The notes under the pieces were generated by a model, which saw only the letters and a list, made by a program, of their open reading frames with translations, was not told the origin of the DNA and ran no database searches. A DNA stretch of 64,000 nucleotides from the NCBI RefSeq assembly GCF_009914755.1, contig NC_060925.1; one strand, given 5' to 3'. Source of the stretch: the human T2T-CHM13v2.0 reference genome, Homo sapiens. This document shows, piece after piece, positions 19,629 to 43,712 of the stretch (the first letter of the stretch is position 1; every line of letters begins with the position of its first letter). The translations under genes and the position numbers were made by a program.

Positions 19629-20942
19629 AATTACATGTATTAAATCAGTAAGAGTTTTCCTGTATTTATGGAATTAGTAAAAATGCATGTATTACATGTA
19701 TTAAATTAGTAAGAGTTTTCCTGTATTTGTGGAATTAATAAAAATACAATTATACAGTGATATCCTCATGGTATATCCCTTCTTTCTGAATATTTTCTCT
19801 CCCCAACTAAATTTCAGCATTGTATAGAGGAAATGACATTTTTGGCCTCTTTGTATTTTCAGTCTGTGACACAGTCCCTGGATGTAAGTAACACGTGATC
19901 AACAGGGAAGTTGTCCTCAACATCACCATTAACAGCCTCCCCTTTTGCATACAGATGACGTATCCCAGTTAGAACAATAAGTTCTCTGGTCACCCTATTA
20001 ATAAATGACTGTGTCCTAGCCACTCGGGAGGCTGAGGCTGGAGGATCACTTGAACTCAGACGTTCAAGGTTACAGTCAGCCATGATCCCGCCATGGAACT
20101 CCAGCCTGCGTCACAGAAGAAGTCTCTGTCTCTAAAAAATAATACTACTAAATAAATAAATAAATGACTGTGGATAAGAATGATGGTAAAGAAGCATGCT
20201 TCATGCAGTGTTTTCTCTGGCTTCTTTTTTTTCATTCCCTTCCTTTCTTGATGTTACAGCCAGATTTTGGATGTTTGTTTTTGAAAACAGAACCATTCAT
20301 TAGCCCTTCTTTCACATGGAAATATAGAATTGTAATTTTCATTTCAAGTGCGGCCATATGTTAGGATGAAATATTATCTCCTGAAAAGCTGTATGCAAAA
20401 TATTGCTCTTCTGTTTTTGGCTTAGCTGATAGAGACAAGGGCAGAAGCTGGCTGGTACAAAGTTGACATGGTGGAATGGACTTGACATTCTCCAAGTAGC
20501 CTGATCTAACCCTTTGGGTTGTAAGAGCAGCATAAAATCAGCAGGTGAGACATGAGATTACAATTTGGTTCCCTGGTATTTAAAAACATCATTATAATAA
20601 GCTACGTAGGAAGAAAGGTGTTATCAGATATTAATTACCACTGTAGTCAAAGAGATTAAAAAATTAAATTTTTATTTAATCCCCAAGCAGCCAATGAAGT
20701 TGTGACCCAGCAAAGCAATGTGATTTCAGGGTTTAGATTCTTCTTTCAGTTATTTTGAAAATAGCAGATATCGCCTTGATTTGAATCTAGCATGGACATT
20801 GTAGCCATAGGCAGAGTTTGTGAGAATTCTCATTTTGGCAGCGACATAGGACATCTCGTCCTCTGGGTGCAGAGGCCTGACCTTGAGTTTGGCACCTTTG
20901 AGCATGAGCACCTTTGGGGAAGACACTGTTTCTCTCCTCTCA

Positions 20943-22075
<1,133 letters not shown>

Positions 22076-22770
22076 CGCCCTTAGTGAGAGACATGCAGTA
22101 AATTCTAAGTTGGAGGAGACAAAACATATAGGGCAGGAGTGTTCAAAAGTGACACTTATGGCTATATCACCCCTCCTGGAGGACAGACAACTTTGGTACA
22201 AGTGATGCTGCATTAGTGTTCAGTATGCTTAGGGACCTTTCGGAAAGCAAGAAGTTTCAGAGGTGAGTGGAGTGTTCAATTATCCCTGTGCTGTAGGATA
22301 AATGTCAACACCCCGGTGGAACCTAAGTACTCTCTTGTTGGTTTGGATGATAATCTTACCCCAAGTGCAGGCATACATATTAGCATATTTAAGATATATA
22401 TTTTAGCATATCCTATATTTTAATCCTCTTATGATTTGACTGAATCTTGATTCTGGTTTCTATCTTTGGTCACCTTCTTCTGGAAAGTGTCTCAGATGCC
22501 CCACAAATATCAGGCAGGATCCACATTCTGATGTGGTTTTCATGCTATGCTCTTAGATAAACTCCGTAGCTCCGCGTGGTGAACTTAGGTGTTCTGCTCA
22601 TAAATTCAAAGAAAAAAGATTGTTTCTTAACAGCCAGGAAAAAATCTTTTAATGGGTTGGGTTTACTCAACTTTTAACTATTTTTTTTCCATAATTTTGT
22701 AGAGGATTTGCAAACTTAAGTTGGCCATAGACAAAATGAGTAAAAGTTTAGCAAATAAGTAAAAACAAGA

Positions 22771-23261
<491 letters not shown>

Positions 23262-23677
23262 TTATGTTTCTATTTATAGTTGTGATTTTATATAGCATCA
23301 TCTGTTAAATAGAGTTATCCTTTTAGTCAAACTGTCTTGGTTTTGACAAGGGAATTGAATGCAAATGATGTGGCTGGAGCTGCTCCTTGGGAAAGTCCAG
23401 TCTGCATGGGATGAATTCGATTCCCACCGGAGGCAGGTAGGATTCCACAATCATCCAGAGATGCAGTGATTAGCAGCAACTCTTCACTCTTTTGAGTTCT
23501 TACTCCACAGCCATACCAGGGTAAACAAGCAATCAATATTAGTTCTTGACACTGATTTGTAGCTGCTACTCCCCAAGGAGGTGGTAGCCAATAGACAGAT
23601 GTTCCTAACATCTCTCTCACCTTGGACCCAACAGGCAGGGTAAGTTGTGCCGGCATGACTCCAGGGAACACCATTCA

Positions 23678-23896
<219 letters not shown>

Positions 23897-24547
23897 TCAA
23901 AGTGTCCTGAGGAAGGGGATCTCATTTGTAATTTGCGCAAAGTCTCCTTTTATGCAAACAGTGGGGCTGGGGGGATATGACCCTTGAGAGGAAAGAGGGC
24001 TACATTTCTTGGTGTTTTTAGAGTGGTATTAGCTAACTAGTTCCCTTCATCTCCAGTCTGCTAACATCAGCATCATGCCACGCGATCCTTACTGCGACTG
24101 GCATCCTAAACACTAGTGGAATCACGCCACCCTTAGCAAGTACGTCCTTGTGAGCCCTAGCTGCCATTTCCAGACCAAGAGACTCTTTCTTGGTCAATGC
24201 GATAACATCTTAATTTTGGCAATGGCTCTTTCAGTCTCCCATTCCTTATGTCCTCTTGGCAAAGCTTGTCTACCCCAGGGAAGCAAAATAAATGGATTTT
24301 AGCTTTGTAATTCCCCGTGCTGTTGACACTGACAACTACAGGACTATATAAAACCCAAGTGCCATTATCAGCTCTGACCAAAAGGAAAACAAGTCCAAGA
24401 GGTGTGCCAGGGTAGGAATTCCCATCCTAAAAAAAGATACGGATGTCTTCATTTCGCTGGTGAGCAGCCTTAGCCTTGACTATGTGCGGTCAGCTTGGCC
24501 GTGTAGTTGGAGTCGTGCTTGGGTGTGCTTTCAGGTTAGGCACCTAA

Positions 24548-24913
<366 letters not shown>

Positions 24914-25329
24914 TGAGAGACAGGCCAGGCAGACAATTCTGTACACACTATAATTCAAAGGGTGAAGTCCTCCACCCTCAAAAAATCATGTATATTTATA
25001 CAACAAGATTGCTTTCTCCCTGGAGGTATTCTTCTTTTGAAAGGCAGGTGTTCCTGCTAGCAATCCTGGAGAGGCTCATGCCTGTGTTCCCAGCACTTTG
25101 GGAAGCCAGGGTGGGAGGATTGCTTGAGGGCAGAAGTTCAAGACCAGGCTGGGCAACGTAGCAAGATCCTGTCTCAACAAAAAATTAAAAAATTAGCCAG
25201 GCATGGTGGTGCACACTTACAGCCCTGCCTACTAGACAGGCTGAGGTGGGAGGATCAGTTGAGCCTAGGAGTTCAAGGTTATAGTGAGCTCTGATTACAC
25301 CACTCACACTTCAGCCTGGGCGGCGTCAG

Positions 25330-25520
25330 ACACAAAATCAGCCGGCACCTTGATCTTGGACTGCCCAGTCTCCACAACTGTGAGAAATACGTTTCTGTTG
25401 TTTAAGCAATCCAGACTGTGGTGATTTGTTAAAGCTGACTAAGACAGTATTTGCTATCAAGAAGGGGGGTGCTCCTATACCAATTCCTAGAAATGTAAAA
25501 GTGGCTTTGGAACTTTGAAA
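25330..25520 (+). mobile_element. MaLR LTR 3' part plus start of the internal region
   Basis: GGCACCTTGATCTTGGACT...ACAACTGTGAGAAATA...GACTAAGACA followed by AATGTAAAAGTGGCTTTGGAACT. Confidence 0.75.
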
Positions 25521-25876
25521 GAAGGCAAGAGATGGAGGAGAGGTTCTCAGAGAGGACAGATGAGACCAGATCTCACTCTGCCCTGTGTCGGCCTAGGGTT
25601 TGGCCACATGGGCACACCAGCCTCTTCTGGGTAGATTAGCAGACGGGCAAGATGCAGGTAACCAAAAGAACAATTTCTATATAAATCTGTTTCTTTGGGT
25701 GTAGAAGTAGCTTGAAGGTTTTTAGGAGTTTTTCAGGTGCCTTTCTAAAATGACCTTTGTGCATTTGAAAAACCAAAACCATGAATGGAATCCGCTACAT
25801 AATTTAGGGGGTCCAATGCAAAATGAAAATGTGGGGGTATCTTGTTCAAACATTAAGAATTTCAGGTTGTTGGTAA

Positions 25877-26350
<474 letters not shown>

Positions 26351-26354
26351 TAAA

Positions 26355-26502
26355 TTAGTGGTTCTTAGGCTGTGGTCCCCTGGAGAGGACCATCAGCAAC
26401 ATCTGAGAACTTGTTAGAAATGCCAAACCTTGAGCCCCAATCTGTGTTTTAACGAGATCACCTCCAGGTGATTCTGTCTCATGGCCAAGTTTGAGAGCCG
26501 CT
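26355..26502. mobile_element. MER5A (hAT-Charlie MITE)
   Basis: AGTGGTTCTT...GAACTTGTTAGAAATGC...CCAGGTGATTCT...AAGTTTGAGAGCCGCT. Confidence 0.8.
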
Positions 26503-27700
26503 AACACAGGCAATGACTAGAATGATAGATTTTGGAATAGAAGCGATCTTTGGGATCATGTGGGCTACCCACATGAGGATTTCCTTATTATGAGGGAATT
26601 AGGGCAGGGTGAGGCACAGTGAGGTCTACAATTTATGTTTAGCTCCCTATTCCTCCACTGAATATATAGCACCAAATGATCTATTTCACTAGTTAATTAC
26701 TCATAGTCAGCTTACCGGTAAAGACAGCTCATATCCCAATTTTAAAGATGAGGAAATCAAAACGCCATAAGTGTTCAATGAGTCGACAAGTGGAGCTGAG
26801 GTTAAAACCCAGAGCTCCCAAATCCCCTGTCTGTGGCCCTCTCCCCAGCCTTCAGGTAATATGATACAGCCAGCAGGTGGGCTAAGCCACTTTCCACTCT
26901 GCAATAGCATCAGAACCCAAGAGGAACCAGCACAGCCCGATCATCCCAGGAAATGTGCAGTTCAAAGTGCCTCCACCATGTGGTACAATGACAGGGATTT
27001 CGGGGGTGTTCTGTTGCTTTTGGGAAGTTAGTATTCATGAGACACATTATGTGGACACATGGATCTCAGCACCCCCACAAACTGACGTTGTGGAGTTTAC
27101 CATTCTAAGTCTAAGCGGGGCCACCATGAGGGTGGCATGTAGCCCAAACCCTCTGCACTCGCAGGTTCTTTGGGAGGCCTGTAATTCACTATTCTGTATT
27201 CTCAGGTCTGCCCCTTGCATTCCTGTCATTAAGTCACTTTGAAAGCCTTGGCCCCGGCTTATCATTTTTTCCATTCTTAGGCCAAGGCTATTTGTAGTTT
27301 CTCCACCTGTCACCCTATGTGTTAGGCTGCAAAGGCCAAGTGCAGTTTCATTAATAGCATAATACAAGCTCAAGCTTATTTAGAACACCGCGCTTTCTTT
27401 GAATGTTCCATTTTCGGGACCCTTTATGAGTCTTCACAGCTTTTTAGCTGTGAGATTTCACTTGGGTTGGGTAATACATATTGAGATAGATATTTAGTAA
27501 ATGAGTTCCTTTTCAGGCCTGGGTTATTGCCATTAGTAAAGAAGGAATTTTTAATAACTTACTAATTTCATAATATGTTCATGATTAAAGAAGTTTCTGC
27601 ATGTGTCCAAGCAATACAGATGCCATAAATGGATTGCTATAGAAGAAATACCCATGGAAAAGAAATAGGAAAACATAGTGGGATAGAAAACAAGGTTATT

Positions 27701-28042
<342 letters not shown>

Positions 28043-28154
28043 TCAGAGTGCAATTTATAGTGCAAAATAGAAAATATCACAATATTGTGACCTTTTAATT
28101 CGATAGTTAAATTGAGGAATTATGGAGAGTATTGGCCACAAAAGAAAATGGAAC

Positions 28155-29765
<1,611 letters not shown>

Positions 29766-29785
29766 GAAATTTAAAAATTATGTAA

Positions 29786-30752
<967 letters not shown>

Positions 30753-31529
30753 CTAATCACCTAGTGCTACCACAGTGTTCATTTCAAATAAAAGCAATAA
30801 AGCAGGTGTCTGGAGAAGAAAAACTGGATTAATATTTCTGGGACTTTCCCATCTGTAAAAATGATCTCCAAGCTCTAAGATATTAAGCTTCCATAATTCT
30901 GTGACTTGATTTCACAGGAATGTTTGCAAAACGGGGAAGTTGGATGGCTCATGAAGCAAAAATGAAAGGAAAGGTTTCAGTTTCCATTCTATGATTTCAA
31001 ATCAGTCTCAGCTATATTTCTGCATGGTCCTACCATCTGGAAAGAGGCTTCTAGGAAACCAGGCACAATTGTAAAGGGGTGAGTTTGCCTCTCTTGCTAT
31101 TTGTGGTATTTTCCACGCTTCCTGAGTAGGCAGAACTTCTCAGCATCTCATACCTCCCCACCCTCTTCCTCTGGTACCCTCAGCAGATGCCCTTTCCTCC
31201 CTGGTGGCTCTAAAAGCCATCGAACATGAGTGTCTCATCTCCCTGAGACCAAACTCCCAAGCATCCTTGCACACATCTCCATCTTCCCTCCTCCCTCAGT
31301 GAGCCCCTGTCTGTCCCCTTCTCATGCTCTCTGATCCCATTCCTTTCTTCCTTTCATAGATACCTTGATCCATATCTCCCATTTCTCCCTCAGATCATTA
31401 CTTCCTCCTTTTCTGGATTCTTTCCCTCAACATTCACATTTGCTCTAATATGCTCCAATTTTCTGTTTTCCTCACTTCTTTCTTGTCTTTTTATAGATAA
31501 AGGAAGTATTTTTTTCCTCGATCCAATTT

Positions 31530-35780
<4,251 letters not shown>

Positions 35781-35903
35781 AACTGTTCGCTTGAGATTTT
35801 TGGAAGTATGATTTTGGACTGTAAGGCCAAACAAATGTGAGGGCCAGCTTACGTTTATAAATTCTTAGAGGAGGATTTTTTTCCCTTTCGCTCAGTGTCA
35901 TGA

Positions 35904-36386
<483 letters not shown>

Positions 36387-37294
36387 TGAACTTTACGAAA
36401 TCTCGGCTCCCACTAGAAAAGTTTTAACATTGCTCGGGTGACAGAATGAATGAGGGAGGATGGAAGAGACCTTCCCATTATTTCATAGACCTCAGTATGA
36501 AGGCAATTACCTCTCTCTATAAACAAAATCCATCCTATCAACTTCTCAAAGGCATTTTGTTCTATTATTGGTAGAGTCAGGACTATTCCCTTTCTTAAAA
36601 GTTGCTTCTCTATGGTATTAAACATTTACAATGTTATTTTGCATTCATTATTTTATTTGTTCTTCGTAATACCCCTGGTGAAGTATGCAAGGCAAGAATT
36701 ATTCACATTTTACAGCTGGGGAAGCTGAAGCTTGAAGAATAATTTGTCTAACATCACGCTGGTAATAAGTGATAATGCCAGATCTTGAATATAAATTCTG
36801 AAGTCCTGCCGATGTGAGACGTGAGTTTGATCCTTATGGTTAATAGTTTGCTTATATATGCCTCCAATGTATATTTTTAAGCTTAAAACATTAACTGGTT
36901 AATTAAAGGTGTTATGATCGATACTACAGCACAGACTGTTTAAACACTGTGCTTCTCAAACTTTAATGTGCATACAAGCCAGTGATGATCTTGTTAAAAT
37001 GCAGGTTCTGATTTGCGAGGTCTCAAGGCTCTGCTGTGTAAAGCTCCCAGGCGAGGCTGCAGGTCTGCAGACAGAAGCATTTGAAATTGCAAGGATTTAG
37101 CAGATTTTTGCCAAATAAACAATGACTTATAATGTGAGGGGGAGTAAAGTGTGATTTAAAATGTCCTGGACTAGGGATCAGGTTATGTTGGCTCTAATCT
37201 TAAGAAAACACTTGCAGATGCTAGAACTTGGAGTGACGTTAGCGGTTTTCTAACCCAAGTTTTTCATTTTCTACATGTATGGAAATCAAGCCCG

Positions 37295-37595
37295 GTTGGA
37301 CGTGATGGCTCATGCCAGTAATCCCAGCACTTTGGGAGGCCGAGGGGGGTTGATTACCTGAGGTCAGGAGTTTGAGACCAGCCTGGCCAACATGGCAAAA
37401 CCCCCATCTCCACTAAAAATACAAAAAAATTAGCTGGGTGTGGTGGCGGGCACCTGTAATTCCAGCTACTCAAGAGGCTGAGGCAGGAGAATCGCTTGAA
37501 CCTGGGAGGCGGAGGTTGTAGTGAGCCAGGATCATGGCACTGTACTCCAGTCTGGGCAACAAAAGTGAAATTCCGCCTCAAAAAAAAAAAAAGAA
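37295..37595 (+). mobile_element. AluS
   Basis: Alu consensus. Confidence 0.9.
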
Positions 37596-39009
37596 GGAAA
37601 TCAAGCTCAGAGTGATAAGGAAAGCTGCCTGGAGTCACATAATTAGGGAACTGGAACCTGGGTCCACGTGGCTCTAATATCAGTTCTTTTTCACGAAGCA
37701 CACTGCCTCTCTAGACAGTAGTGATAATTAGAGCTGGGGCAGACTCCTTAATCTCTTAGCTTCAATATCCTTATCTTTAAAATGAGAGGCCTGGATATGA
37801 ACACTAAGATTCCCCTATCACTAATACTCGCTAATAGTTAATCTCCCTTATTTCTCACATTGGAGAAGAGTAGAGGGAGAAAAAATGAGTCATCTGCTGC
37901 TATAGAACTTTAGACCAAAGACAATTAACCCAAGCACAAAGTAGTGTTTAAAATAAAATGTCAAGTGCAGATGTACCCTGTCCATAGTTAGAAGAGAGTC
38001 CTCTGGTTCTCGGACCCTATCAAGTGAGAAAATTGTATTGCCTTTTGCCTCATAACACTTGTATTATTTTCAGGTAAGTTGCCTTAAGGACTAAATTACC
38101 AGGGGAGACTTGGAACTTGGCTTACTTTCTGTGACTAAGAGACAACAAAACTCATCATCGAATCCCTTTATCATTGCCAAGTCTTGCAGAAGGAACCTTT
38201 AATAACCCTTCAGTGGTGGGCTTCCTACACTTCCTCCACCACCTGACTTTTTTCTGTCTAGATCTTCAGGGTCCATTATGAAGCACTGGAAAAGAGACAC
38301 TCAGTGTAATTGATCTTTGAAAGATGTGCTTGGAGATTTCTCTTGGATAAAGAAAATAAAAGTTTCTAACAATTTTATGATTTTTCAGATAGCAAGTGTA
38401 TTTGTATGAATGTTCAGACAAAGATAATGAAAGCACATTACTCAATATAATGTACAAAATTAAGAAAAAGAAGATTAAAATAGAATGGCAAAATTTCAGG
38501 CTTTCTGCCAAAATGAAACAAACTAGCCTTTTGATGCATTCGGTAGATCCATACATCCTGATTACAATTTGAATAAACAATGGCTATTTCTTCTTTCTAG
38601 AAATGGGATCTTGCTAACTTGCCCAGGCTGGACTCAAACCCGGCCATAATAACCATTTTTAAATCTCCATTTAAATCTTGATGAAGGTTTGTCCTACCAA
38701 TAGGCTTTGTCCCAAGCATAGAACCTTATCTATATAACATATCTTTATACCTATATAACCATACCTATATAACATACCTGAGTAGCAGATTCTCAAAAGG
38801 CAATTTCATCTATGCCAGGGCTGATGCCCTCCAAATCTCTCCTCCAACCAAATCACTCTCCTTGCCCTAGATCCACAAGTTGGGTCTGACCATTGAACGT
38901 GTCCCCAAACTGAATTCACCATCTTCCCTATGACTTCTGCATACTCCTATACCTGTTCCTTTCTCTCTATTGTCTCAAGGAGTGGTACATCCACCCACTG
39001 GCCAAGTCA

Positions 39010-39418
<409 letters not shown>

Positions 39419-40856
39419 TCACCTTCCAGATGTCTTTCATGCCCATTTCCTTGACTCCATCCCCACTGCCATTGTTCCAGCTCCCTCTTATCCTCTGCCA
39501 CTGGAATGATCTTTCTAACATGGTAATCCAACCGTGTGTACCTGAGCAAATTCTCCAGTAGCTCCTCCTGACATATAGAACCAATTTTTATGGTGCAGTG
39601 TGGCATATAAGGCCCCTCCTCATGGTTTGCACCAGCCCACGTGCCCATGTGTCCAGTTTTATTTCCTGCCATGCCCCATTGTGCCACCTTTCAGGCTCAG
39701 GGCTGTAAAGGGGCTCCATGCCTTTGCACGTGTTGTTCTTTCTTTCTAAACACTAACCCCGGTTTACTAACCTGGGAAACTTCTGCTTGTCTTTCACATA
39801 TCAGCTAAAATCCCACTTCCTCTGCAAAGCCTGTCTTGCCCTATCGAGTCAGACCTCATTCCAATCTTCCTATACAACCTCACATTTGCACACACTCCCG
39901 TTAATGCTCTTAGATGATTGCACTAGAGCTCTTCGTGTGTGATTCTCTCCTCATTAGCTCATGAGCTTCTTGAAGGTGAGAACACTTTACTTTCTTCTTG
40001 GTATCACCAGCACCTACCATGGTGCTTAGCACTTAGAATAAGCATAAAAAACATTTGCTGAATAGAGACATGAATGAACGATATTGATATATATCACTCA
40101 TCACTCCTTTTTGACCTGCCTTATCCAAATTGCTTGGCTGAGCCAGAACTGATTAGGAGAAAATTCTAAAAATTCCACTTTTGTTACATGGGAATATTCC
40201 TAAATTGGAGTGGCCCAGGGAGGTGGGTCATTCGAAAACGAAAGTTGAAACTACTTTCCCCCAAGCTCGTGTTTGGAAAATTCTTTTGCCTTGTGTTTCC
40301 TTATGGTCTCTGGAGAGAATCATTAGACTAAATACAAGAGTTGCATCAGAGGAGACTTGAATACCTTGGATCAGAATCAACCAGCTAAAATGAGATAGAC
40401 TGAGAATACTGCTTTGAGAAACAGTGTTATAGTGACTCAGAAGTCTGATATCAGATAGATCTATGTTTGAATCTTGACTGCAACATTTACTAGTTGTAGG
40501 CTGATTTACTTATTGATGGCACAGTGATTTTTTTTTAATGGTCTACTATGTTGCAGGCATCGTTCCAGATTCTGGGGACAGTGAGAGCTAACATTAGTGA
40601 AGCATTTAGCACACACTTGGCAAATATCATGCTCTTAACATGTGGTAGATATTATTATTAGTAAATCCATACTAGTCCAGACATCCAAAATTCAGACAGT
40701 GATGCTCCAAGAAACCATAAATATACCAGTGGCATTAAAGATGTTCTTAAGGAATTATTCGAGCCACCACCTGAGTTCCAGTCAAAATTAAAGTCTTTGC
40801 CCACCTCTCTCACTTCCTCATTGTCTTCTAGCACTGTGCCCTGGTCTTCACCGTCT

Positions 40857-40914
40857 AACATCCTACATCCTAAAAACATCCTACATCCTAAAAACATCCT
40901 ACATCCTAAAAACA
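40857..40914 (+). repeat. 18-bp tandem repeat, about 3.2 copies (AACATCCTACATCCTAAA)
   Basis: Three perfect copies. Confidence 0.95.
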
Positions 40915-41483
40915 GTGCATATATCCTTCCATTTTTCAAAAGTCCGAATTACATCTCCCTACTCAGAACCCAAACTCAGATTTATCAAGTCTGTCTCAGA
41001 CATTGCCTGAATCAAACAATTGGCCCAGATGGATATTCATGAATGGGTGAACTTAACCCCTATATGCCCTCCAACTTCCCAATCCCCACTGGAAAGTAAG
41101 AGTGCACTCCTGGGGCTATCTTAGCTTGAGTGGATCCTGAAGGGCATGTCTGGCAGGGAGAGGGCTGCTGCCCTAGAGATTCAAGTTTATCAAAATGGAA
41201 CGGAAGTAAAGTCAGGTGGGAGACATGGTTAGAAAATGAGAGAATAACTGAGGTTGACATTAGGAGATAGAGTAAAAAACCAAGGAATGCAGGAACCAGG
41301 GAAATGGGACTAGAACCTGGGTGGACTGAGCAAATGGGAGGAGACTTCTGGGAATGCCTGGGGTTCCCAGGCATTCAGGGTTGCTGCTGCCCAAGTGTTT
41401 ACTGGGCTGTGATACACAGGTAACCTGTAGAATCATCTATACCCTAAATGAAGAACTTAGCCATCTAAACAGCTCTCCAGCTA

Positions 41484-42031
<548 letters not shown>

Positions 42032-43417
42032 TTACATTAAAAAAGGAAGCTGTACCACAGTTTGTATAGTTTAATCCTATTTAAGTTTTTAAAAAATAAT
42101 AGTTATGAGTTAATATGCATAGAAAAATTCTGAAAGGATCACAAGACTCTGTTAACATTGGTTGTTTGTATGGTTAGGAAAAAGCATTACATTTATAAAT
42201 GCACACTTATAAAAAACAAATGGTTAAGCCCTATTGAACAGCCGCATTTGCATTAGATCAAGCACTATTGAACAGCCACATTTGCATACCACCCACCTGT
42301 ACTTTTTTCACTTTTTAAAGGGGCTCTGCACTTCATGGTAACTCAAGAGAACTGTAAACATCATCAATAGGAAAGAGAATGTGGGTTGATGCAGAATCAG
42401 TGCTGAAAATGCCAAGGATGTCTTCTTGTGTTAAGTCTGTTCTTAACAATAAGTAACAATTATTGGATTGAATTTTATCTTTTGTTATTTTACCTATACT
42501 GTCTTCTGACTCTGTGAAAAAGACCTAGGTGTCTTAACTGATGGCAAGTTCAATAGAAGCTTCTGTAGGCGGACAAAAAAATCAAATGCAAAGTTAAATT
42601 GCACTACTAGATGTGATGTTCAGTTGTTGATAATGAGTGTTCTTTGAGCTGGCAAGAACGCAGCTAGTAATAAAGGCTACCATTTATTATAAATGTAACA
42701 TGTACTCATTGTAAAAAGAAAAACAAATAGTACAAAATTGTATGAAATAAACACAGTTTAGTTCCCCCATCTTTCCACCCCTACCTATTCCCCACAGTTC
42801 TCTGATAGGAACAGTTTGGGATGTTTTCTTCCAGATGCAAATATTTCATCTTACAATTCGCTTTTCATTTCTAAATCACAAACATCAAAATTGAGAGATG
42901 TTTCATAATCATTAATCAGTCCCCTACACATGGACATTTGTCTGGATCTGTACGGTAGATTCAAAAAGCAGAATTTCTGAGTCAAATGGTACAATTACAA
43001 TTTTTGATTAGTTACAAATCCTTTCCAAATAGGTTGCATCGAAATCACCTTTTAGAAACAGTATATATACATGCAGAAGTTTGTCCAGAAAAAAATTAAG
43101 AAGGCAATGTGACATAGCTGTGGAATATGTAGCTTTTGTAATAATTAATAATTCTTAATAGATGCTATTATGGTGAAGAACCCTCCCACCTCGGCCCATG
43201 AGTCAGTAGGACCACAGGTGCTTAGACATCTTCTCTGGAGCGACTAATAGGTAGAAGTTACATCACTTCTTCCAAAACTAAGATGAATTCGGGGAACCAT
43301 AGATTGTTCAATTTGGTGAACTTTAAGAAAAAAGGATATGAAATTATGACTCCTAAATTACAAGCTGTTTGACCTTGGACATATTATATAACATCTCCCA
43401 CCCTCAGTTCTCTAATT

Positions 43418-43712
43418 TGTTTGTTTGCTTGTTTTTGGAGACAGTCTCACACTGTTACCCAGGCTGGAGTACAGTGGCATCATTGTGGCCTCGACTTTAC
43501 GGGCTCAAGCAACCCTCCCACCTCAGCCCCTGAGTTAGGAGGACCACAGGTGCATGCCACTATGCCCAGCTAATTTTTTTAAAAAAATTCTTTTTGTAGT
43601 GATGGGGTCTCACTGTTTGCCAAAGCTGTTCTCGAACTCCTGGCCTCAAGTAATTCTCCCGCTTCAGCCTCTGAACACACTAGGATTACAGGTGTGGGCC
43701 ATAGCATCAGGC
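43418..43712 (-). mobile_element. Diverged AluJ inserted in a MIR
   Basis: Reverse Alu with MIR core flanks TGACCTTGG...CTCAGTT and CTCATTTGTAAAACGGG. Confidence 0.8.
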
